Origin: Aeropyrum pernix K1
Lineage (GTDB): Archaea; Thermoproteota; Thermoprotei_A; Sulfolobales; Acidilobaceae
DNA: 32,000 nucleotides
Direction: 5' to 3'
Assembly: GCF_000011125.1 (NCBI RefSeq)
Contig: NC_000854.2
Location: 1,350,001-1,382,000 of the forward strand
Shown here: positions 1-7,713 of the stretch, piece by piece
Layout of the letters: every line of letters starts with the position of its first letter
How positions within the stretch are numbered: position 1 is the stretch's first letter
Notes under the pieces: model-generated
Database searches by the model: none
Told to the model about the DNA's origin: nothing
What the model saw: the letters and a program-made list of their open reading frames with translations, nothing else
Made by a program: the position numbers and the translations under genes

Positions 1-1
1 C

Positions 2-136
2 CTCGAGAACAGGCTGCTCAGAGCAGCTATGGTGCTTTTCTCCGCACTGTCTGTTACCCTGAACCCCCTGGTAGTGGCTCTAGCTTTAGCTAGCTACGCC
101 ACAGCGCTAATTTATACTAGAAGATCTGTTGCGTGA
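2..136 (+). CDS. 3' end of an upstream gene (partial): hydrophobic C-terminus of an integral membrane protein, family not identifiable
   Basis: Frame is open from the window edge to TGA at 134-136. Translation LENRLLRAAMVLFSALSVTLNPLVVALALASYATALIYTRRSVA is one TM-like helix plus a basic tail. Too short for a family call. Confidence 0.35.
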   Translation, partial: LENRLLRAAMVLFSALSVTLNPLVVALALASYATALIYTRRSVA

Positions 137-154
137 GCAGGGTAATGCCCCAAG

Positions 155-179
155 GTTGAAATTTTATGACGTTTTCAAC
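155..179. promoter_or_regulatory. Perfect 7-bp inverted repeat GTTGAAA-N11-TTTCAAC in the AT-rich spacer upstream of the TAXI gene
   Basis: Read directly: GTTGAAA at 155-161 and TTTCAAC at 173-179. It lies between the upstream stop (136) and the TAXI start (291/297). It could be an operator or a terminator hairpin; function is unproven. Confidence 0.3.
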
Positions 180-290
180 GCTAAACTATCGGCAACTCAC
201 ATATATACTATATCATTATTCTGTATTAAATATGCCCCTCTAATCTAACCTATAATGATCCTTAACACAATGTGAAAAGGGTGGTCATGC

Positions 291-1271
291 TTGGCCATGA
301 ATCAGAGGCTAATGATTGCGGGAGCCGCCGTAGTCATAGTTATAATTTTGATAGCTGGCTATCTATTGCTCCAGGGAGGAGAGGAAGTCAGGCTGGTAAT
401 GGGTACAGGATCGCCCGGCGGGATTTACAACCCGCTGGGGTTTAAGATAGCAGAGGTTGTCTCGAAGTATAGCGATAAAGTGGAGATAGAAGCCCAGGAG
501 AGCGGAGCCAGCGTCGCTAACGCCAAGGGTATAAAAGCCGGGGACTACCAGCTGGCTATGATGCAGAGCGACGTAGCATTCTTCGCGTACAACGGAAAGC
601 TCCTGAAAGACTTCGAGGGCAACCCCGTTGAGGACCTGAGAGCCCTAGCAGCACTCTACCCAGAGCCTATACAGATAGTAGCTAGAGCCGGGGCGGGAAT
701 AGAGACGATATGGGACCTTGAGGGCAAGAGGGTTGCCGTCGGTAACCCTGGCAGCGGTCTATATGCAACCGCGTACACTATACTAAGTGCTCTAGGCCTA
801 TGGGATAAGATAGACAAGGTGGAGTTCGGCTTCGCAGAGGCTAGCAGCGCTATGAAGCAGGGCACAGTGGACGTCCTCTTCATAGTGGCTGGAGTGCCCA
901 CACCTAAGATCGAGGAGATAGCAACCCAGGTTGACGTTGTGCTCGTTAAGGTTCCAGACGACGCTATACAGAAGCTGAAGGACGCAGGCTTAGGTAATCT
1001 ATACCTGAAATACACTATACCCGCGGGCAGCTATGACTTCCAGAAGGAGGATGTGACAACGCTTACCGTCACCGCGCTACTAGTGATAGATAAGGATGTG
1101 CCAGAGGACATTGCTTACGAGATAGTTAAGACTATGTTCGAGCATCTAGACGAGATAAAGACGGTGCACGCAAGAGCTCAAGACATAAGCCTCGATAAAG
1201 CGCCTATAGTGCCTATACCACTGCACCCAGGCGCTGAAAAGTACTATAAGGAGCAGGGGGTACTATCCTAA
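291..1271 (+). CDS. TRAP transporter solute receptor, TAXI family (membrane-anchored by an N-terminal TM helix)
   Basis: 326-aa ORF. N-terminal hydrophobic helix (LMIAGAAVVIVIILIAGYLLL), then TAXI-like MGTGSPGGIYNPLGFKIAEVV and C-terminal PLHPGAEKYYKEQG. AGGGTGG Shine-Dalgarno-like motif upstream. Start is TTG 291 or ATG 297. Confidence 0.85.
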   Translation: MAMNQRLMIAGAAVVIVIILIAGYLLLQGGEEVRLVMGTGSPGGIYNPLGFKIAEVVSKYSDKVEIEAQESGASVANAKGIKAGDYQLAMMQSDVAFFAYNGKLLKDFEGNPVEDLRALAALYPEPIQIVARAGAGIETIWDLEGKRVAVGNPGSGLYATAYTILSALGLWDKIDKVEFGFAEASSAMKQGTVDVLFIVAGVPTPKIEEIATQVDVVLVKVPDDAIQKLKDAGLGNLYLKYTIPAGSYDFQKEDVTTLTVTALLVIDKDVPEDIAYEIVKTMFEHLDEIKTVHARAQDISLDKAPIVPIPLHPGAEKYYKEQGVLS

Positions 1272-1307
1272 AGTTAAAAACCGAGATATAGTAAGGAAGC
1301 CTCAGAG

Positions 1308-1676
1308 TCACAAGCTCTTTTCTACAATAACATCCTTTACTCTCGATTTATCTATCAGCTTAAAGACGGGGCAGTTTTCAACCCCCTTCAAAACTGCTTC
1401 CTCGGATGCAGGTGCACGGATCCTAACGACTATATGTTCTATCTCCTCCTTGCCTTCAAGCAGCTTGTCTACGTTAACGTAAGCCTCGATAGAAACGCTC
1501 ACCTTATCGACGCCAGCATTCTCGGCAACCTTCTTACCTATACATGCTGAAAGCATTGACAGCATGAAAGAGGGGTTAAGAGTAGCCAGCTCGAACTCCC
1601 TACCTCCTTCAACAACTGCTTTCCCCTTCTCGGCGTCGACAAGCGACTTAGCTTCGAAGAACTTTATGACTGGCAT
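1308..1676 (-). CDS. OsmC/Ohr-like small redox protein
   Basis: 122 aa. Size and the C-terminal VENCPVFKLI segment resemble the conserved C-terminal Cys-Pro motif of OsmC-family proteins. A second Cys sits mid-protein (SACIGKK). Assigned by eye only. Confidence 0.6.
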   Translation of the reverse strand: MPVIKFFEAKSLVDAEKGKAVVEGGREFELATLNPSFMLSMLSACIGKKVAENAGVDKVSVSIEAYVNVDKLLEGKEEIEHIVVRIRAPASEEAVLKGVENCPVFKLIDKSRVKDVIVEKSL

Positions 1677-1745
1677 CTAAGCACTCCCCCGGTAACGTGG
1701 ATATTAGGATGGGGGGTTTCAAGTCTCCCTCTTAAGGGCTAACAG

Positions 1746-2432
1746 CTAGCTCTTGCTTGGTATGAACTTGCCTAGAATGCCGGCGAATGCAGGAAGGTTT
1801 CTAGTCTGGACCCATAGATCGGCAGGACCCTCGACATCGACTACAACTCCCTCTCCGCCTAGGAAGAAGGTTTTCCAGCCTCCAAACTTTCTTATGTTCC
1901 ACTTTCCACCCTTTATTGCCACGAAGTGCCCGTTGTCAATGGTAATCTTCTCGCCAGGACCTACCCTTATATGCTCCAACGCGCCGAAACTGTTTATAAA
2001 AACGGTTCCACGGCCCTTTGCCTTTACCCAGACAAGCTCGCCCTCAGCTATAAGCCCCTTGAAACCCCTCCAGCCAACACCCACCTCTACATCTCCTATG
2101 TGGGCTAGGTAGCTTGAATCCTGTATGTAAACCTCCTCTCCCCCAAGTTCCACAGCGGCTATATCGCCGGTGACTGGGGGTGCAATCCAGACTTCGCTCT
2201 TCGACCTAGCAGTTATTATGTTGAAGAAGAGGCTCTCGCCCCCTGCAACAGCCCTCAGAAGACCACGGACTATACCTCCCCCCATGGTTGTTTTAACTTC
2301 AATATCACCTTTGTTCAGCATGTACGAACCAGACTCTACCCAGATGCTCTCACCCTCGTTAAGCTCTACTTTAAGGATAGTGAAGGCTGGCCCCTTCTCG
2401 AGAACATACTTAACCACGAGTCTATACACCAC
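1746..2432 (-). CDS. AIM24 / DUF124 (TIGR00266-like) family protein
   Basis: 228 aa, beta-rich. The pattern L.V.L..GE.i..E.GsmmyM....i.v.T...GG, a repeated Gly-rich body and the end FAGILGKF are typical of AIM24-family proteins. Confidence 0.75.
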   Translation of the reverse strand: MVYRLVVKYVLEKGPAFTILKVELNEGESIWVESGSYMLNKGDIEVKTTMGGGIVRGLLRAVAGGESLFFNIITARSKSEVWIAPPVTGDIAAVELGGEEVYIQDSSYLAHIGDVEVGVGWRGFKGLIAEGELVWVKAKGRGTVFINSFGALEHIRVGPGEKITIDNGHFVAIKGGKWNIRKFGGWKTFFLGGEGVVVDVEGPADLWVQTRNLPAFAGILGKFIPSKS

Positions 2433-2523
2433 TGGTTATACTGTAGAAGGGGAGTTTATTAACGCAGGCTGTGGATTCAGCACTACAATAAAGTATTGTA
2501 TTAACTCACACAGACGGCCTATG

Positions 2524-2739
2524 CTAGCTTTCCTTCTCTTTCTCGCTACCACTGCTCTTCTTGGACTGCTGTGTCGAGGCTGCTTCGCCCTCGCCTGATA
2601 TACTGTTTCTTAGCTCCTTTACCGCTAGGCCTAGGTTGCGTGCGATCTCGGGTATTTTCGAGGGGCCGAATATTATTAATAATATGAGAAGTATTAGGAC
2701 GAGTTCTGGCACTCCAAGGCTGGGTATGCCTATTGGCAT
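2524..2739 (-). CDS. tatA: Twin-arginine translocase subunit TatA/TatE
   Basis: 71 aa. Single N-terminal TM helix followed by the hinge and amphipathic helix LLIIFGPSKIPEIARNLGLAVKELR. GGGGGTG Shine-Dalgarno motif 8-15 nt upstream of the ATG. Confidence 0.85.
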   Translation of the reverse strand: MPIGIPSLGVPELVLILLILLIIFGPSKIPEIARNLGLAVKELRNSISGEGEAASTQQSKKSSGSEKEKES

Positions 2740-2828
2740 GCTGGCACCCCCATTATTTTCTTTACTACCCTACAGTCTATATACATTCATACTCTCATAC
2801 ACGTGGTGGCAGAGATTCTGCTAAGGGA

Positions 2829-4235
2829 CTACAGGTTTAAATATTTATATACTTCGATGGGATGGGGATACAGTCTCGTATCCTCCGATTCCTTCCTCTT
2901 TACCTCTATATAAGACTCTAGCATCTCCCTAGTGAATGCTGGCTTCAAATAGTCATTGTCGGACTCCAGCTCGTCTAGCGCCTCATCTAGGTTCCTAGGT
3001 AGCGTCTTTATACCCTTTTCTCTAAGCTCCTCAGGGCTAATCTTGTAGAGGTTGCCCTCATAGGGATCTGGCGGAGCGAGCTTCTTTTTTACACCGTCGA
3101 GTCCTGCCATAAACAGCGCCGCCAAAGCCAGGTAAGGATTGGCTGTGGGATCGGGGCTCCTTACCTCGATCCTTACAGCATCTATATTGCCAGCGGACGC
3201 AGGTATCCTAATCATAGCACTCCTGTTTCTCCAACCCCAGGCAACATAAACCGGAGCCTCATAGCCTGCTACTAGCCTGCGATACGAGTTGGTCGTGGGA
3301 GATAGAATAGCGCTTAGGCTTCGCGCGTGCTCGAGAATCCCGGCTATGAAATGCAGCGCTGTTTCCGAGAGATCACTGTCTCCATGGCCGGCGAAGAGGT
3401 TCTCACCACCTGGACTCCATAGACTCAGGTGGATGTGCATGCCGGAGCCGTTGTCGCCGAATATAGGTTTTGGCATAAATGTAGCCACCCTCCCGTCCAT
3501 GCGGGCTAAAACCTTTGAAACCCACTTGACTGTCATTATGTCATCTCCAAGTCTTGCCAAGCTCGTCCTAGATCCGATAGAGACCTCGACCTGGCTAACG
3601 GCCACCTCGTGGTGGGAGACTGCCACGTCAACTTTGAACCTCTGCAGAGTTTCTGTGAGCATAAGTCTATAGTCAAGGAGGCTGTCTGGAGGTTCTGGCA
3701 TGTGGTACGACTTCTTGACCTGGCCAAAAATGCCGTCCTGCCCGCCGGGTTGTTCCCTACTCTCAACAATGTAGCCAAGCCCCCTGGCCGGGTTTAGAAC
3801 GTCGACACCTATCTTATCGAAAATGAAGAACTCTATCTCAGCGCCAGCCTTGACCCTATAGCCCATAGACGACATTATCTTTTCAGCTGTTTCTGCTGCT
3901 AACCTCGGATCCCTCGGGCTTCTCTCACGAGTAGCGTTGTAGACAGTAGCTATAACCCTCCAAAGCCCGCTCCTCCAAGGGACGCTGACTAGGGTCTCCG
4001 GCACATGTTTTAGAAGAAGATCGCTGTCCTCTACAGGGGTGAAGCCGTAGACGCTGCTACCGTCAAATGATGCCACAAACTCCTTCTCGACGTTCCTTAG
4101 CGGAACCTCGACTTGTCTTAGGTACCCAGCTATATCTGTATAGTGAACTAGGACGCGTCCCTCCCTTTGACCGTCTTTATCTCTCTGTGGTCCGGTCTCA
4201 GGCATGTGTGCCTTCATAACAATTCTTGCAACCAA
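2829..4235 (-). CDS. glnA: Glutamine synthetase, type I
   Basis: Full-length GS similarity, including GSGMHIHLSLW and the NSYRRLVAGYEAP region. The ORF-track start at 4235 is a TTG. The in-frame ATG at 4217 lies about 24 nt downstream of a minus-strand TTTAAATA box (4238-4245), so a leaderless start at 4217 is more likely. Confidence 0.95.
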   Translation of the reverse strand: MVARIVMKAHMPETGPQRDKDGQREGRVLVHYTDIAGYLRQVEVPLRNVEKEFVASFDGSSVYGFTPVEDSDLLLKHVPETLVSVPWRSGLWRVIATVYNATRERSPRDPRLAAETAEKIMSSMGYRVKAGAEIEFFIFDKIGVDVLNPARGLGYIVESREQPGGQDGIFGQVKKSYHMPEPPDSLLDYRLMLTETLQRFKVDVAVSHHEVAVSQVEVSIGSRTSLARLGDDIMTVKWVSKVLARMDGRVATFMPKPIFGDNGSGMHIHLSLWSPGGENLFAGHGDSDLSETALHFIAGILEHARSLSAILSPTTNSYRRLVAGYEAPVYVAWGWRNRSAMIRIPASAGNIDAVRIEVRSPDPTANPYLALAALFMAGLDGVKKKLAPPDPYEGNLYKISPEELREKGIKTLPRNLDEALDELESDNDYLKPAFTREMLESYIEVKRKESEDTRLYPHPIEVYKYLNL

Positions 4236-4237
4236 AC

Positions 4238-4245
4238 TATTTAAA
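4238..4245 (-). promoter_or_regulatory. Putative TATA box (TTTAAATA on the minus strand) for a leaderless glnA transcript
   Basis: Forward TATTTAAA at 4238-4245. Its centre is about 24-25 nt upstream of ATG 4217, which matches archaeal TATA-to-TSS spacing. Confidence 0.35.
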
Positions 4246-4539
4246 CTTTTCCATAATGAACTGGTATAAAATGTTCTGAAATCAAAGAGAAATTTTTCTA
4301 AGTTTGCAGGATGTCGAAGATCCTTTCAACACAAGGTGATTAGTTGTATGGCACTGCATGTTATAAGCGTTTTGGATGCCTGTTTAGGGTTAACACGCCA
4401 AATATTGATGCTCGTGGGTGTTGCCATTCAGGAGTCATACGCTCGCGATCTGGTGTAGTGTAAAAACTTTTCCACATAGCCGCTCGAAATACCCACCTAT
4501 ATTGATCGGGGAGGAAGGGGCGCTGGAAAGGTGTAGAAG

Positions 4540-7245
4540 TTGACGGCAATAGAGAGGATAACGCTCTACAAGAGGAGTTATAGTGACGATGAGATATTGT
4601 CGATGCTAAGACCTTATGTAGCCGAGTGGTTTAGATCGACTTATGGCTCATTCACGGAGCCCCAGAGGCAGGCTATTCCTCTAGTGAAACAGGGCAAGAG
4701 CGTGTTAATCACTAGCCCTACAGGAACCGGTAAGACGCTGGCGGCATTCCTCGGCGTTATAGACGAGATACTATTCTTAATGGAGAATAGATGGGAGGAA
4801 AAAGGGATACTAGCTGTTTACGTCAGCCCCCTCCGTGCTCTAAACAACGATATCAGGAGAAACCTTGAGGAGCCGCTTAGGGGTATAGAGGAGAAGGCTC
4901 GGGAAATGGGTTTAGAGCCTCCTAGGGTGAAAGTGGCCGTCAGGACCAGTGATACGACTCCCTATGAGAAGCAGAAAATGGTTAAGGATCCGCCCCACAT
5001 ACTCATAACAACACCCGAGAGCCTGGCAGCCGCGCTTGCGGCCCCCAAGTTCAGGGAGAGGTTGTCCACTGTAAAGTGGGTAGTGTTAGACGAGATCCAC
5101 GAGCTGGCGTCCAACAAGAGGGGCGCCCACCTGATGGTGAGTGTCGAGAGGCTCGAGGAGCTTGTGAGGGAGGCTGGCGGTAAGCCTTTAAGGAGGATTG
5201 GCCTTTCTGCCACGATAGCTCCTCTAGACGTTGTAGCTAATTTCCTGGGAGGGTTTGACGATGAGGGGAGGCCTAGGGAGGTTCACATTGTTGACGCTAG
5301 ATTCGCCAAGCCCATAGATATTAAGGTTATAACTCCGGATGTAGACCTGCTGAGGGATCCTCCTGACAAGATAAATGAGGCTATATACAGGAAAATAGCG
5401 GAGCTCGTTAAGCAGCATAGGACTACTCTGATATTCACGAATACACGCAGCGCCACCGAGAGGGTTGTCCACAAGCTCAAGCAAATACTAGTTAAGGAGG
5501 GCATAGCCAGTGAAGACCAGATAGAGGCTCACCACTCCAGCCTATCTAGAAACCTGAGGCTGGACGTGGAGGAGAGGCTTAAGAGGGGGGAGCTAAAGGT
5601 TGTCGTCTCTAGCACAAGCCTCGAGCTAGGCATTGACATCGGATACATAGACCTCGTGATACTGCTCAGCAGCCCGAAGAGTGTGAGCCGCCTCCTCCAG
5701 AGGGTGGGCCGGGCTGGCCATAGGATAAGGGATGTTAGCAAAGGCCGTTTGATAGTCGTCGATAGAGATGACCTGGTAGAGTGCTCTGTCCTGGCCGACT
5801 GTGCTATGAAAAAGTTTATAGACCGTGTTAGGATTCCCATGAAGCCTCTCGACGTTCTGGCTCAGCATATAGTTGGTATGAGCATCGAGAAGAAGTGGCG
5901 CCTTGAGGATGCCTATAGGGTTGTGAAGCGGGCCTACAACTTCAAAGACCTAAGCTTCGAAGAGTTCATGTCGGTAGTCAGGTTTCTAGCAGGTAAGCAT
6001 GGTCTTGAGGGTGAAGGTGTCTACTCGAAGATATGGCTCGACGAGGAAGAGGGGTTGTTCGGTAGGAAGAAGAGTGCAAGGATGATATATCTGCTCAACG
6101 TTGGTGTCATACCGGACGAGACTAAAATTAGAGTCTATACGAGGGATGGAAAATATGTCGGAGACCTTGAAGAGGAGTTCGTGGAGATACTAGTCCCGGG
6201 AGATGTATTCGTCCTGGGAGGCAGGACCTATAGGTTCCTAAAGAGCGAAGGGCTGAGGGTGATAGTTGAGAGGGCGGATGACGCGAGGCCTACAGTACCC
6301 AGCTGGTTTAGCGAGATGCTGCCGCTAAGCTTCGACAGCGCCTTGAAAGTGGGGGAGTTCAGGAGGGTTTTCAGCGCTCTGGCTAGCAGCAATCCGAGGG
6401 CTGCTGTGGAGAAGCTTGTCAAAGAGTACTATCTGGAAGAGAGAGCAGCTGCAACTATTGTAGAGTACATTCTAGAGCAGCTGGGCTACATAGGCGTGGT
6501 TCCCTCCGATAAGCTAGTGTTAATAGAGTATTTCCCCTACGAAGATGGATGGGGGATAGTGTTTCACACGCTTTTCGGGAGAAGGGTTAACGATGCTCTA
6601 TCGAGAGCCTACGCCGTAGCCCTGTCGCGCAGGATCGGCCTCCCTGTTAGGGTGGCTGTTACAGATAACGGATTCATGCTAACCGTATCAGAAGCCGGTA
6701 AACCTGATGCGAGCCTCCTGGAGAAGCTAATACGCGATGTAACGCCCGAGAACATAAGAGGAATACTGGAGGAGGCTATATCGAGGACAGAGCTTATGAA
6801 GAGGAGGTTTAAGCATGTTGCAGCAAGGATGTTTATAGTGTTGAGGAGGTACAAGGGGAAGGAGGTAAGTCCTGAAAGGCTTCAGCTGAACAGCCAGAAG
6901 CTATTAGAAGTCTTCCTTGAGGAGATGAAAGATAGCCCGCCCATAAGAGAGACGTTCAGGGAGATACTGGAAGACTACATGGATATCGGTGCGGCGGGTA
7001 AAGTGCTTGAGTGGATTAGGAAGGGCGAAATAGAAATCGTGATTAAAGGACCCCTACCTTATCCCTCCCCTATGGCGCACAGCATAGTTGTAAGAGGCTA
7101 CAGCGACGTTGTACTCATGGAGGATAGGAGGAAAATGCTGATGATACTAAGGGAGAAGGTTCTGGAGTATATTAGGAAGGGCAGAGCCGCGCCTACATGG
7201 GTGGGAGGAGATGGTAAGGGGCGGCTACTCAAAGAAGAACAGTGA
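4540..7245 (+). CDS. lhr: Lhr-type ATP-dependent DEAD/DEAH-box helicase (superfamily 2) with C-terminal DEAD-associated domain
   Basis: 901 aa. Walker A TSPTGTGKT, DEIH box (VVLDEIHEL), SAT (LSATI) and motif VI QRVGRAGHR, followed by a long Lhr-like C-terminal region. TTG start preceded by GGAAAGGTG. Confidence 0.9.
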   Translation: MTAIERITLYKRSYSDDEILSMLRPYVAEWFRSTYGSFTEPQRQAIPLVKQGKSVLITSPTGTGKTLAAFLGVIDEILFLMENRWEEKGILAVYVSPLRALNNDIRRNLEEPLRGIEEKAREMGLEPPRVKVAVRTSDTTPYEKQKMVKDPPHILITTPESLAAALAAPKFRERLSTVKWVVLDEIHELASNKRGAHLMVSVERLEELVREAGGKPLRRIGLSATIAPLDVVANFLGGFDDEGRPREVHIVDARFAKPIDIKVITPDVDLLRDPPDKINEAIYRKIAELVKQHRTTLIFTNTRSATERVVHKLKQILVKEGIASEDQIEAHHSSLSRNLRLDVEERLKRGELKVVVSSTSLELGIDIGYIDLVILLSSPKSVSRLLQRVGRAGHRIRDVSKGRLIVVDRDDLVECSVLADCAMKKFIDRVRIPMKPLDVLAQHIVGMSIEKKWRLEDAYRVVKRAYNFKDLSFEEFMSVVRFLAGKHGLEGEGVYSKIWLDEEEGLFGRKKSARMIYLLNVGVIPDETKIRVYTRDGKYVGDLEEEFVEILVPGDVFVLGGRTYRFLKSEGLRVIVERADDARPTVPSWFSEMLPLSFDSALKVGEFRRVFSALASSNPRAAVEKLVKEYYLEERAAATIVEYILEQLGYIGVVPSDKLVLIEYFPYEDGWGIVFHTLFGRRVNDALSRAYAVALSRRIGLPVRVAVTDNGFMLTVSEAGKPDASLLEKLIRDVTPENIRGILEEAISRTELMKRRFKHVAARMFIVLRRYKGKEVSPERLQLNSQKLLEVFLEEMKDSPPIRETFREILEDYMDIGAAGKVLEWIRKGEIEIVIKGPLPYPSPMAHSIVVRGYSDVVLMEDRRKMLMILREKVLEYIRKGRAAPTWVGGDGKGRLLKEEQ

Positions 7246-7507
7246 ACGTAGACATAGGTGGAGAACAGAGCTTTTAAAACCCGTTCACAGCGAGAAAGCC
7301 TGTGTCCATACTAGAATGGAGGTTGACGAGGACGGTGAGGATATAGAGGTTTACGACATAAGCTGTTAAAACTCTAGTTAACACAATATCCTGAAGCTGG
7401 ACGGAGCAGCGGGATGAAGACTACTCCCCAGACCGAGGCAAGTCTCGAGATGACGACAATTCCTTTAGCAGACCGCGTCACCACGGGAACCAAGCTTTAA
7501 AACAAGG

Positions 7508-7525
7508 GTGTGACTGGTGTGACTG
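7508..7525. repeat. Tandem direct repeat GTGTGACTG x2
   Basis: Read directly: 7508-7516 and 7517-7525 are identical. Confidence 0.9.
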
Positions 7526-7575
7526 CAAATCTACTGTAACGCGGGCGTCCTCAGCGTCTAGCAGACTCGTCACAA

Positions 7576-7595
7576 CCCTCCCCAGCTAGGGAGGG
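7576..7595 (+). other. Perfect 7-bp stem / 6-nt loop hairpin CCCTCCC-CAGCTA-GGGAGGG in a non-coding region
   Basis: Read directly. GGGAG (7589-7593) can alternatively pair with CTCCC (7601-7605). Confidence 0.5.
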
Positions 7596-7713
7596 CTCGA
7601 CTCCCGGCTACTCAGCATCGGCTTTTAATCCGAAGGGATTTTACAGCGTATTCCGGTTTTTCCGAATAGTAATAGTTAAAGGCTGAACGTTTAACGATTC
7701 AAGTAGGTGCTGT

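Noticed and set aside
4243-4474. TTTCCA(C) cores of the AAACTTTTCCA repeats as possible ORB/mini-ORB origin-recognition boxes
   Set aside because: They are only a partial match to the TCCAGTGGAAA-type ORB core. The copies are direct rather than inverted, they do not flank an obvious unwinding element, and no orc1/cdc6 gene is nearby.
4361-4549. 62-aa minus-strand ORF in the glnA-lhr intergenic region
   Set aside because: It overlaps the lhr start and its Shine-Dalgarno. The product is Trp/Arg/Pro-rich and odd-looking, with no upstream promoter or Shine-Dalgarno. It is probably spurious.
7271-7298. CTTTTAAAACCCGTTCACAGCGAGAAAG, which looks like a crenarchaeal CRISPR repeat (ends in GAAAG)
   Set aside because: No second copy of the unit and no regular repeat-spacer periodicity. 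Only the short TTAAAAC core recurs, at irregular spacing.
7315-7500. Mini-ORFs of 17 and 28 codons in the 468-bp gap
   Set aside because: They are too short to support from sequence alone, and I cannot assess conservation or a coding signature. They are mentioned in a finding only as testable possibilities, not called as features.
7589-7605. GGGAG-GGCTCGA-CTCCC stem-loop resembling a tRNA T-arm
   Set aside because: The loop lacks the T-loop consensus (TTCRANT-like). No matching acceptor stem, D-arm or anticodon arm could be built on either strand, even allowing an intron.
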